NCBI GenBank assembly: GCA_052148655.1
Contig: JBKQHU010000134.1
Coordinates: 1,442-65,441, forward strand
From: Acidimicrobiales bacterium
GTDB taxonomy: Bacteria > Actinomycetota > Acidimicrobiia > Acidimicrobiales > Bog-793
DNA length: 64,000 nt
Reading direction: 5' to 3'
Of the stretch, positions 28,570 to 36,356 are shown piece by piece. The position numbers were made by a program, and so were the translations under genes. The notes below the pieces were generated by a model. It searched no databases and was not told the origin of the DNA. It saw nothing but the letters and a program-made list of their open reading frames with translations. Each line of letters opens with the position of its first letter. Within the stretch, counting starts at the first letter, position 1.

Positions 28570-30426
28570 GTGTTCTCGCTCGGTTACGCCTGGAACGAGC
28601 TCCGCCGCCGCTGGGGGCGCACGCTCGTGACCGCTTTCGGACTCGCAGCAGGAGTCGGCCTCGTCATGGGCATCGTCGGGGTCTCACAGGGACTCTCCGA
28701 CGCCCAGAACAGCGTCCTGTCCCCGCTCGGGTCAGTCGGAACGGACATCATCGTGACGCGCACCGTGGCGCCGACGACGTCCCAGACCACCACCACGACG
28801 ACGGTCCCGTCGTTTAGGGGTGGTGGGTCGTTCCCCACCGGGGGCACCTTCCCGGCAGGCGGCGGCGGCGCCGCCTTCGCAGGCGGCGGAGGGTTCTTCG
28901 CCCGTGGCGTGGGTGGTTTCAACAGCACCGACAGCACGCAGGCCGCCACGCTTCTCAACAACAACTCCTCCATCATCACCGACCTCGCCAAGCTCGGTAA
29001 GCCGGGGACGCAGTTCACCCACGACTTCTTCGTCCCCGGCACGCTCATCACCTTCCCGTCGGTGGCGATCACTGACGTCACGAAGATCCCGGGCGTGACC
29101 TCGGCTGTCGGCGCCCTCTCCCTCGAGGCCCTGCACGAGAGCGGCACGGTCCCGAAGATCACCGACACCGTGAAGACCGGTGGCCAGACGATCTCGACGA
29201 CCGTGAAGCCCCCCACGCTCACGGCGGCGCAGACCGCCGCCGAGCGGTCCTGCATCCAGAAGATCGTCTCGAAGGCCTTCGGCAGCAGCGGCGCCGCCGG
29301 CCCCAGCGGCTCCGGCTTCCCGACGGGGGGCCGCACGGGCACGGGCTCGGGCTCCGGCTTCCGCACTTTCATCGGGGGCTTCACGGCCAACCCGGCCATC
29401 GAGGCATGCATGACCCCCGCCCAGAAGGCCTACGAGCAGAACGTCACCGTCCCTGAGCAGACCATCACACGGATCCTCAACCCGCCGACCACCAACACCG
29501 CCACGTCGAGCTACAGCGTGGCGGGGGTGGACCCGACGAACGAGACCACGGGCCTCATCACCAAGGCCCAGCTCGTGTCGGGCACCTGGTTCACGAGCAA
29601 TCCCTCCGACGAGGTCCTCGTCTACACCGAGTACGCCACTACCAAGGGCCTCAAGGTCGGCGGGACGCTCACGATCAACGCCAAGGGCTACAAGATCGTC
29701 GGCCTCGTATCGCCGACGCTCACGGGCAACGTGGCGGACATCTACTTCCCGCTTTCGACGATGCAGACCCTCGCCTCGGCACCCGGTTACGTGAACGAGG
29801 TGCTCGTGTCGGTGAAGAGCGCCTCTGAGGTCGCCGCGGTCACCAAGGCGATCAAGGCCGAGCTGCCCGGGGCGACGGTGCTCACCTCCAAGACGCTCGC
29901 CGACTCGGTGAGCGGGAGCCTCAACAACGCCCACAAGCTCGCCAACGACCTGGGCGGCGTGCTCGCCATCGTCGTGCTTCTGGCGGCGTTCTTGATCGCA
30001 GGCCTGCTCACGCTTTCGAGCGTGGCAAAGCGCGTGCGTGAGATCGGCTCGCTCAGGGCGATCGGTTGGACACGGGGTGAGGTCGTGCGCCAGGTCATCG
30101 CCGAGACGGTCGGCATCGGGTTGGTCGGCGGGCTAATAGGAGTGGCGATCGGGGCCGGGGTCTGCGCGGTGATAGCCGCCGTGGGACCGGGCCTGTCGGT
30201 CACCTCGACGGGGCTCGCGGTGGGCGCCTCCACTTTGAGCGGCATGGTCGGTCAGTCGACGACCGGCACCGTGACCTCGATCGTGCACCTCACGGCTCCG
30301 ATCCACTTGACGACCATCCTGCTCGCATTCTGTGGGGCGCTCGTCGGTGGCCTCATCGCCGGCGTCATCGGCGGTTGGCGCGCGGCGCGCCTCGCCCCTG
30401 CTTCAGCGCTGCGGGACCTCGGCTGA
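28570..30426 (+). CDS. ABC transporter permease, FtsX/MacB-like, with a very large low-complexity extracytoplasmic domain
   Basis: GTG 28570 is preceded by AAAGGAG. WNELRRRWGRTLVTAFGLAAGVGLV forms TM1. A ~430-aa Thr/Gly-rich loop follows, then the C-terminal FtsX module (LAIVVLLAAFLIAGLLTLSSVAKRVREIGSLRAIGW). Confidence 0.8.
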   Translation: MFSLGYAWNELRRRWGRTLVTAFGLAAGVGLVMGIVGVSQGLSDAQNSVLSPLGSVGTDIIVTRTVAPTTSQTTTTTTVPSFRGGGSFPTGGTFPAGGGGAAFAGGGGFFARGVGGFNSTDSTQAATLLNNNSSIITDLAKLGKPGTQFTHDFFVPGTLITFPSVAITDVTKIPGVTSAVGALSLEALHESGTVPKITDTVKTGGQTISTTVKPPTLTAAQTAAERSCIQKIVSKAFGSSGAAGPSGSGFPTGGRTGTGSGSGFRTFIGGFTANPAIEACMTPAQKAYEQNVTVPEQTITRILNPPTTNTATSSYSVAGVDPTNETTGLITKAQLVSGTWFTSNPSDEVLVYTEYATTKGLKVGGTLTINAKGYKIVGLVSPTLTGNVADIYFPLSTMQTLASAPGYVNEVLVSVKSASEVAAVTKAIKAELPGATVLTSKTLADSVSGSLNNAHKLANDLGGVLAIVVLLAAFLIAGLLTLSSVAKRVREIGSLRAIGWTRGEVVRQVIAETVGIGLVGGLIGVAIGAGVCAVIAAVGPGLSVTSTGLAVGASTLSGMVGQSTTGTVTSIVHLTAPIHLTTILLAFCGALVGGLIAGVIGGWRAARLAPASALRDLG

Positions 30427-30469
30427 TGGCCGGGGCACCGCAGTCGAAGACCGGAAAGGACGACAGACT

Positions 30470-31210
30470 ATGACAGACAACGACGCCACCGGAGCTGCAC
30501 AGGCAACGCCCGCGCGGCCTGCAGGCGCACCTATCTACGAGTTGTCGCACCTCGAGCGGACCTTCTCGAAAGGAGGGGTGTCGGTCAAGGCCATCCGTGG
30601 AGTCGACCTCGTTATCAAGAGCGGGGAGATGGTCTCGCTGGAGGGCCCGAGCGGGTCGGGCAAGACCACGCTCCTGCAGCTGCTCGGGGCGCTCGACACT
30701 CCGACCGGCGGCTCCATCCGCTTCGAGGGCCGTGACCTCGGCGGGCTCCACGACAAGGAGCTGACGAGGATCCGCGCCCGGCAGATCGGCTTTGTCTTCC
30801 AGCACTTCAACCTCATCCCGACGCTCACGGCCGAGGAGAACGTCGCCATTGCCATGTTCCCGAACCACGTCCCGGCCCACGAGCGCCTGGCCCGTGCCAG
30901 GGTGCTGTTGAACCAGGTCGGCCTCGGCCCGCGCATGGGTCATCTGCCCTCCCGGCTCTCAGGTGGCGAGCAGCAGCGGGTCGCGATCGCCCGGGCACTG
31001 GCCAACAGCCCGAGCGTCATCATCGCCGACGAGCCGACCGGCAACCTCGACTCGGACACGGCCAAGGAGGTCATGTCGACGCTGAACGAGCTGCGCGAGG
31101 CCTCCAACGTGACGATCGTGATCGCGACCCACGACGAGGACGTCGCCCGGCTGACTGACCGCCGCATCCGCATCCGCGACGGGAAGATCCGGGAGGACAC
31201 GGCCGCGTAA
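30470..31210 (+). CDS. ABC transporter ATP-binding protein (MacB/LolD-type)
   Basis: Walker A GPSGSGKTT, Q-loop, signature LSGGEQQRVAIARAL, Walker B VIIADEPTGNLD. Confidence 0.9.
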   Translation: MTDNDATGAAQATPARPAGAPIYELSHLERTFSKGGVSVKAIRGVDLVIKSGEMVSLEGPSGSGKTTLLQLLGALDTPTGGSIRFEGRDLGGLHDKELTRIRARQIGFVFQHFNLIPTLTAEENVAIAMFPNHVPAHERLARARVLLNQVGLGPRMGHLPSRLSGGEQQRVAIARALANSPSVIIADEPTGNLDSDTAKEVMSTLNELREASNVTIVIATHDEDVARLTDRRIRIRDGKIREDTAA

Positions 31211-31378
31211 CCACGGTACGGGTTTGCGGGGCCGCAGCCGGGCCCGGGCGACCGGCCGTACCCGTGGAGTGGTCACGGCCGGTGACGGTTCGTCGCGAGT
31301 GCGTGCCTCGACGCCGCCGCGCGTTACCCGGTGCACGGGGGCAGCTGCGTTCCCGAGTCGTCAGCCCGCCCCTGCCGG

Positions 31379-31398
31379 ATACACCCGGGGGGTATACT
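31379..31398 (+). promoter_or_regulatory. Putative CsoR operator (imperfect GC-rich palindrome ATACACCCGGGGGGTAT) overlapping a TATACT -10-like hexamer
   Basis: 14 of 17 positions are dyad-symmetric. TATACT lies at 31393-31398, ending 7 nt before the csoR ATG, which suggests a leaderless or near-leaderless transcript. Confidence 0.55.
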
Positions 31399-31405
31399 TG
31401 CGACC

Positions 31406-31702
31406 ATGGACGAGACCGTGCGGCGCGGCTACAGCGACGACAAGCAGGCCGTCGGAAAGAGACTGCGGCGCATCGAGGGTCAAGTCCGTGGCCTGCAGCG
31501 CATGGTCGAGGAGGACCGATACTGCATCGATGTCCTCGAGCAGATCTCGGCCGTCACCCGGGCGTTGCAGTCCGTGGCCCTGCAACTGCTCGAGGGCCAT
31601 CTGGGCCATTGCGTGGCCGAGGCGGTGAGGAGCGGTGGTGACGAGGCGTCGGACAAGCTCGGCGAGGCGTCGGCTGCCATCGCACGACTAGTCCGTTCCT
31701 GA
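31406..31702 (+). CDS. csoR: CsoR/RcnR-family metal-sensing transcriptional repressor
   Basis: KRLRRIEGQVRGLQRMVEEDRYCIDVLEQISAVTRALQSVALQLLEGHLGHCV contains the family C-H-C ligand pattern. Confidence 0.85.
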   Translation: MDETVRRGYSDDKQAVGKRLRRIEGQVRGLQRMVEEDRYCIDVLEQISAVTRALQSVALQLLEGHLGHCVAEAVRSGGDEASDKLGEASAAIARLVRS

Positions 31703-31740
31703 GCACGGCACTCGGGCACGGCCGTACGGGAGAGCGCAGC

Positions 31741-33147
31741 GTGACACGGGCCCTGCTGCTCGGCGACGTCGGCTGGCTCGATGCGATCGGGAGAGGCCTG
31801 CGCGAGGGCTTCTTCATGTTCTGGGAGACCCTGTGGGCCCTTGTGCTCGGCTTCACGCTCTCCGGGGTGGTGCAGGCCTTTGTCAGCCGCCGAGCCATGC
31901 AGGCGAAGCTGGGCGACCACGGGCCGGCCGCGGTTGCCCGCGCCAGCGGTTACGGCATGGCCTCCTCGTCCTGCTCGTACGCGGCAAGTGCGATGGCGAA
32001 GTCCCTTTTCGTGAAGGGGGCGGATTTCGTGGCGGCGTCGGTGTTCATGGTCGCCTCGACCAACCTCGTCATCGAGCTGGGCATCGTGCTCGTCGTGTTG
32101 ATGGGCTGGCAGTTCGCGGCGAGCGAGTTTGTCGGCGGGATCATCATGATCCTGGCGTTGGCACTCGGGGGCGGCCTGTTCCTGCGGGGGAGGCTCGTCG
32201 TCGAGGCGAGGCAGCGACTGGCCGGGACTCGGGAGCACGACCGCGATCAGGAGCCTGAGGACTCCGCCCTTCAGCGTGCCCCCTTGGCGACCAAACTGCG
32301 CTCCAAGGCTGGCTGGGTTGACGCCGCCTCCTACACCATTGCGGATCTCACCATGCTGCGTAGGGAGCTCGTTATCGGGTTCACCGTGGCGGGGTTCCTG
32401 GCGGCCGTCGTGCCCTCCGGGGTCTGGGGCGTCCTGTTCCTGCACGGCCATGGAGGTTGGACGACGCTCGAGAACGTCGCGGTAGGCCCGCTCATCGCCC
32501 TCGCCAGCTTCGTCTGCTCGATCGGCAACGTCCCTCTCGCCGCGGCTTTGTGGCAGGGCGGGATCTCCTTTGGCGGAGTGGTCTCGTTCATCTTCGCCGA
32601 CCTGATCAGCTTCCCCTTGCTCCTCGTCTACCGCCGCTACTACGGGACGCGCCTAATGGCGAGGATGCTCCTGGTCTTCTGGTGCGTGATGTCGCTGGCC
32701 GGCCTCGTCACCGAAGTCATGTTCCGGGCCGCCGGGCTCGTGCCGGCGGTCCGGCCCCGGCTGGTCGCGCCCGCGCACTTCTCGTGGGACTACACGACGT
32801 ACCTCAACATCGTCTTCCTCGCAGTCTTCGCCTTGGGTTACTGGGCCTACCGGAACAGGGCCCGCTTGGGCGGCGACGGCGGTCACGCCATCGACGTCGT
32901 CTGCGGGATGCAGGTCGAGGTCGCCAATGCACCGGCCTTTACGGTGCAGGCCGGCAAGAGGTTGTACTTCTGTTCGGACCGCTGCCGAGTGCGTTTTGAG
33001 GCGGACCCGGGGCGTTTTGCCGCCAGGGGAGCCGAGCGTGTAGACGCCCTCCCACCACTGTCGGTTCCGGTGACCCTCGGCGGCAGGATCGAGAAGGATG
33101 AGGAAAGGGGGCACGAGGCGAGCCGCGAGGCCCCCGACAAGACCTGA
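31741..33147 (+). CDS. ArsP_1/DUF318-type permease fused to a C-terminal YHS (TRASH-like) metal-binding domain
   Basis: Polytopic membrane protein with paired Cys motifs (GMASSSCSYAASAMA; FVCSIGNVPLAAALW). The C-terminus reads DVVCGMQVEVANAPAFTVQAGKRLYFCSDRCRVRFEADP (YHS). Confidence 0.75.
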   Translation: MTRALLLGDVGWLDAIGRGLREGFFMFWETLWALVLGFTLSGVVQAFVSRRAMQAKLGDHGPAAVARASGYGMASSSCSYAASAMAKSLFVKGADFVAASVFMVASTNLVIELGIVLVVLMGWQFAASEFVGGIIMILALALGGGLFLRGRLVVEARQRLAGTREHDRDQEPEDSALQRAPLATKLRSKAGWVDAASYTIADLTMLRRELVIGFTVAGFLAAVVPSGVWGVLFLHGHGGWTTLENVAVGPLIALASFVCSIGNVPLAAALWQGGISFGGVVSFIFADLISFPLLLVYRRYYGTRLMARMLLVFWCVMSLAGLVTEVMFRAAGLVPAVRPRLVAPAHFSWDYTTYLNIVFLAVFALGYWAYRNRARLGGDGGHAIDVVCGMQVEVANAPAFTVQAGKRLYFCSDRCRVRFEADPGRFAARGAERVDALPPLSVPVTLGGRIEKDEERGHEASREAPDKT

Positions 33148-33281
33148 GGGTCCCGCGGCCGTGAGCAGGCGTTCTATGGCGAATTTCGGCACGGAAATTG
33201 CTGCTATCCTGCGTCTTAACGCGAATATAACACGTAGAGTAGTCTTATAACCGCTTAGAGTGCTAAAGCTGGGCTCAATTG

Positions 33282-33716
33282 ATGTCGACACTGACCGTTA
33301 TGCGAGAAAACCCAGAAACGCACCCGGTAAGGACAGGATTCAAGATTCGGCTAAAGGTGGCCGTGGGGCTCGGGGCTGTGTTGGCAGCTTCGGTGGTCGC
33401 CGCCCCGCTTGCCTCCGCCGCGGTGCCGCACAGTGCGGCCACCGCGTCCCATATCGCGAGGGTCGGCTCCAGCCGAGACGTCCTGGTGCCCCTGACGGCC
33501 TCCAGCAGCCGCCAGGGGACCAGGACACTGTTGGCCACGTACAGACCGCCGACTCCGTTGTGGCCTCACTGGGGTGGCCCGACGAAGCCGTTGCTGGCCA
33601 CGTACAGACCGCCGACTCCGTTGTGGCCTCACTGGGGTGGCCCGATGAAGCCGTTGCTTGCCACGTACAGGCCGCCGACTCCGTTGTGGCCTCACTGGGG
33701 TGGCCCGATTCGATAG
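33282..33716 (+). CDS. Small secreted protein with three tandem 21-aa Trp/Pro/His-rich repeats (LLATYRPPTPLWPHWGGPxKP)
   Basis: Sec-type signal peptide (KIRLKVAVGLGAVLAASVVAAPLASA/AV). This frame has the highest GC3 of the six. Two of the three substitutions between repeat copies are synonymous in this frame. Start is ATG 33282 or ATG 33300. Confidence 0.6.
   Translation: MSTLTVMRENPETHPVRTGFKIRLKVAVGLGAVLAASVVAAPLASAAVPHSAATASHIARVGSSRDVLVPLTASSSRQGTRTLLATYRPPTPLWPHWGGPTKPLLATYRPPTPLWPHWGGPMKPLLATYRPPTPLWPHWGGPIR
33528..33713 (+). repeat. Three near-identical tandem 63-bp repeats
   Basis: Units lie at 33528-33590, 33591-33653 and 33654-33713, with 1-3 substitutions between copies until the last ~8 nt. 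Confidence 0.95.
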
Positions 33717-33779
33717 GCCTCAGTCTCGGGTCTTCTTCAAGGAACTGAGACACTCGGCAGCGACGGAAGGTGAAAGCCG

Positions 33780-33816
33780 CCGCCGGGGACGATGCCGTTG
33801 GCAAAGTTCCCGGCGG
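33780..33816. terminator. Hairpin between the convergent repeat-protein and lgt genes (11-bp stem including one G-U pair, 15-nt loop)
   Basis: CCGCCGGGGAC (33780-33790) pairs with GTTCCCGGCGG (33806-33816). No U-tract. Confidence 0.4.
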
Positions 33817-33825
33817 ACCGTCGCG

Positions 33826-34758
33826 TCAGGCGGTGTCCTGGGGCGCTTCGGACAGCTCGAACCCGTCGCCTGGTGCCGGCAGCGATGTGGCGGCGACACC
33901 CGGGACAGGGTCGTCGTTCTCGTCGCCAGTGCCCGCAGAGCCCGGTGTCGCCGGCGCCCGCCAGGGATCGCCGAGAGAGTCGTGGGCAAGTCCTCGGTCC
34001 TTCCATAAAAGCCAGCCCGCCAGAGAGGCACCGACCCCCACGAACGCGACGGATGCGACCAGGACGGCGATGTCGCCTCCGGTGTTGTGCGGCAGGAGGA
34101 AGTACTCGTCGTTGAAGCGGGCGGCACCGTAGAGCGTGACGGCGGTCGTGGCGACGATCCCGACGGGACCGCCCCGGTGGGCGATCCTTCGTTCCGCCCA
34201 CAGCGCGATGAGGTAGACGACCGAGTCCTCGAGAGCCTGGATGATCGGCACGGGCACGCGCTTTCCGGCTTGTCCGGCATAGGCCATCCCGTACCAGGCG
34301 TGCGTCGGGTTCCCGCCGCCCTGGTACATGAGCTGCGGCCCGAGCAGCCGCCCCATCGCCCATGCGATCACCAGCACCGGCGCGATCAGGTCGAGGGCCA
34401 CGCTCATGCGCAGCTGGGGACACCAGCGCCGCGCGCAGATGAGCCCGGTGGGCACACCGCCGAGCAGTCCGCCGTAGCTGGACAGGCCGCCGTGCCAGAT
34501 CGCGAGCACGTCCCCGGGATTCTGCAGGTAACCCTGCGCCCCTTTCAGGTTCGCGATCACGTGCACGGCCCGGGCACCGACGATGGACATGACGACGATC
34601 CAGATGAAGGCCCTTGCGAACCAGGCATCGGGATAGCCGTGGTCACGGAGACGTTTGGCGAAGTAGCGGTACCCGAACCAGAAGGTGAGCGCGAGCCCGA
34701 TGCCGTAGGTATGGACCTGCAGCGGCCCGATGTGGAAGACGACGGGTATCGGCTTCAC
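33826..34758 (-). CDS. lgt: Prolipoprotein diacylglyceryl transferase
   Basis: IPVVFHIGPLQVHTYGIGLALTF...GARAVHV...LAIWHGGLSSYGGLLGG...IAWAMGRLLG are Lgt motifs, followed by a Pro/Asp-rich C-terminal tail. Start is GTG 34758; alternatives are ATG 34821 and ATG 34899. Confidence 0.85.
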   Translation of the reverse strand: MKPIPVVFHIGPLQVHTYGIGLALTFWFGYRYFAKRLRDHGYPDAWFARAFIWIVVMSIVGARAVHVIANLKGAQGYLQNPGDVLAIWHGGLSSYGGLLGGVPTGLICARRWCPQLRMSVALDLIAPVLVIAWAMGRLLGPQLMYQGGGNPTHAWYGMAYAGQAGKRVPVPIIQALEDSVVYLIALWAERRIAHRGGPVGIVATTAVTLYGAARFNDEYFLLPHNTGGDIAVLVASVAFVGVGASLAGWLLWKDRGLAHDSLGDPWRAPATPGSAGTGDENDDPVPGVAATSLPAPGDGFELSEAPQDTA

Positions 34759-35157
34759 GGCTCCCCCATGGTGACGACAACGGTATCGCCAACCACGGCC
34801 GAGGAGACGCCGGACGGCCATCCCGAGGCTGACGACCCCCGGACGCGGAGGGACCCCGGGTAGCCGGTCAGCTTGCGCCTCCGTACTTCCCGGGGTCATC
34901 CCCTGGGCGGCTCGCCCTCCTGCCTGACGACCGGGAACCTTGCGGCCCTGCCGGCGCCTGGGCCTTCCGGCCTACCCCGAGAGGTAAGCTTTGGGGCGGA
35001 GGTCCGTCCACCTCTCCTCTGGCGGCTTGGGTCTCGCACCAGACACTCCGGACTCCCCTGCGGGCTTCCCTCGCCTCTGACGTCCGAACCGTACCGCTTT
35101 CGGTTAAACGAGAGCTTGCGCCGTCGGCCAGATTGCGTCAAGTGTTTTCGCGAAATC

Positions 35158-35240
35158 CACCGTGAGTTCACAGAACTTCCTACTTTTCCCCCTTCCGTCC
35201 CCAGATCTGCCCCAGAGTCGTCCACAGCTCGACCCCCAAA
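35158..35240 (+). other. Degenerate copy of the 3' half and downstream flank of the 13623-13696 tRNA
   Basis: Three collinear matches on the same strand:
- CACcGTGAG (35158) against CACaGTGAG (13666).
- TCCGTCCCCA (35194) against 13687 (exact).
- CTCGACCCC..AA (35228) against 13710. Confidence 0.5.
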
Positions 35241-35435
35241 CCGGCCTGAAACGCCGGACGATGTCGATGCCGTCGGATGGTCATTCGGCCCGGGACAGGG
35301 CGCCCGCAGATGGCCGGAAGAGAAATCGACACTGAACTGTCAAGAACCTCGGTCGCGGTGACCGGCACCGAGCCCGGTGGGCTGCGACGCGGTGGTATCG
35401 TCCGCTCGGCAGTGCGGTCTGGAGGCGTTATCACA

Positions 35436-36356
35436 ATGACTACTGACTGGGACGGGCAGGGTCTCCCGCCTGCGGCGTTGGCCAGGATGGAGCGTGGCCG
35501 TTCCTCGGCCGTCCGCAGCAGCCTTCTCTCTGTGCCTGGTCACGTCGGCGTGGAGGCGGTCGGCTTCTCGGTCGCCGGCGAAGTCATGGGCTGCATCGTC
35601 GAGACGATCGGGTTCACAGGCTGGGCGGGTTGCGGCTACGGCGGCTACGGGCTGGCCGGCGGGGGCGCCGTGTTCGGCGGCCTGGGCGGGCCCGCCAGAA
35701 CCGTGACGAGCGGGCAGGCCGGCGGATGGGTGGGCTACGCCCCTTACGTCGATGCGCTCTACCACGGTTTCGACACCGCTTTGTACCGCATGTTGCTCGA
35801 GTGTCAGGCGCTCGGCGGAGACGGGGTGGTCGGGGTGCGCTTGGAGCAGCGCCACCTGGGACAGGGAAACCGGGAGTTCGTGGCGCTCGGCACCGCCGTG
35901 CGGGCGGCCGGCGACCAACGCCCCGCCCGGCTCTTCTCGACGACGTTGAACGGCCAGGACTTCGCCAAGCTGTTCCAGGGCGGCTGGATGCCGGCCTCGG
36001 TCGTGGTCGGGATCTCCGTCGCCATCCGCCACGACGACTGGGCGACGAGGAGCCAGGCCAGCGCCTGGACCTACAACACCGAGGTCTCGGGCTACACCGA
36101 GCTCGTCAATCACGTCCGGGCCGACTCGAGGACCCAGCTCGCCCGGCGTGTGGCAGCCATCGGCGCCCACGGGGCGATCACGAGCACCATGCAGCTCAGC
36201 ATCCACGCGCAAGAAGTGGGGGAGAACCACACGGACCACGTCGCCGAGTCGAGGCTGACGGGCGACGCCATAGTCCGCTTCCACGCCGAGGGCGCGACCC
36301 CCACCAAGAGTCTCAAGATCCTGCCGCTGTCGAACCCACAAGGGAGCAAACGATGA
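35436..36356 (+). CDS. Double YbjQ/UPF0145 ('heavy-metal-binding') domain protein, paralog A, with a Gly-rich insertion
   Basis: Two YbjQ-like halves, each ending in ...GVVGVRL...FVALGTAV / ...AIGAHGAITSTMQL. The N-terminus MTTDWDGQGLPPAALARM parallels paralog B. GGAGG lies 10 nt upstream. Confidence 0.7.
   Translation: MTTDWDGQGLPPAALARMERGRSSAVRSSLLSVPGHVGVEAVGFSVAGEVMGCIVETIGFTGWAGCGYGGYGLAGGGAVFGGLGGPARTVTSGQAGGWVGYAPYVDALYHGFDTALYRMLLECQALGGDGVVGVRLEQRHLGQGNREFVALGTAVRAAGDQRPARLFSTTLNGQDFAKLFQGGWMPASVVVGISVAIRHDDWATRSQASAWTYNTEVSGYTELVNHVRADSRTQLARRVAAIGAHGAITSTMQLSIHAQEVGENHTDHVAESRLTGDAIVRFHAEGATPTKSLKILPLSNPQGSKR

Noticed and set aside
33528-33713. CRISPR array or other non-coding repeat interpretation of the 63-bp tandem repeats
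   Set aside because: The units are directly abutting with no spacers, their period is a multiple of 3, and substitutions are mostly synonymous in the signal-peptide frame. No cas genes are present in the window.
33260-33804. Alternative open frames across the repeats (33260..33748 + and 33340..33804 -), including a minus-strand reading resembling beta-propeller-like NGVGGLYVASNGF
   Set aside because: They have lower GC3 than the chosen frame and no signal peptide or start context. The propeller-like reading contains an in-frame TGA in every unit.
34861-35140. SRP RNA, RNase P RNA, tmRNA or cobalamin riboswitch in the lgt/ybjQ spacer (triggered by the GGCC-GGAA-GGCC tetraloop hairpin at 34961-34972 on the minus strand)
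   Set aside because: The flanks of the GGAA loop do not carry the conserved SRP symmetric-loop residues (AGCA side). No GAGGAAAGUCC / ACAGAACCCGGCUUA (RNase P), tRNA-like tmRNA ends or B12-box was found by eye. The region is kept only as an unexplained-region finding.
13623-35240. Calling the tRNA-bounded interval a mobile element or prophage
   Set aside because: There are no integrase, excisionase, transposase, phage or conjugation genes, and no clear compositional shift. The interval contains lgt, which is normally a core gene. It is reported only as a hypothesis in the findings, not as a mobile_element feature.
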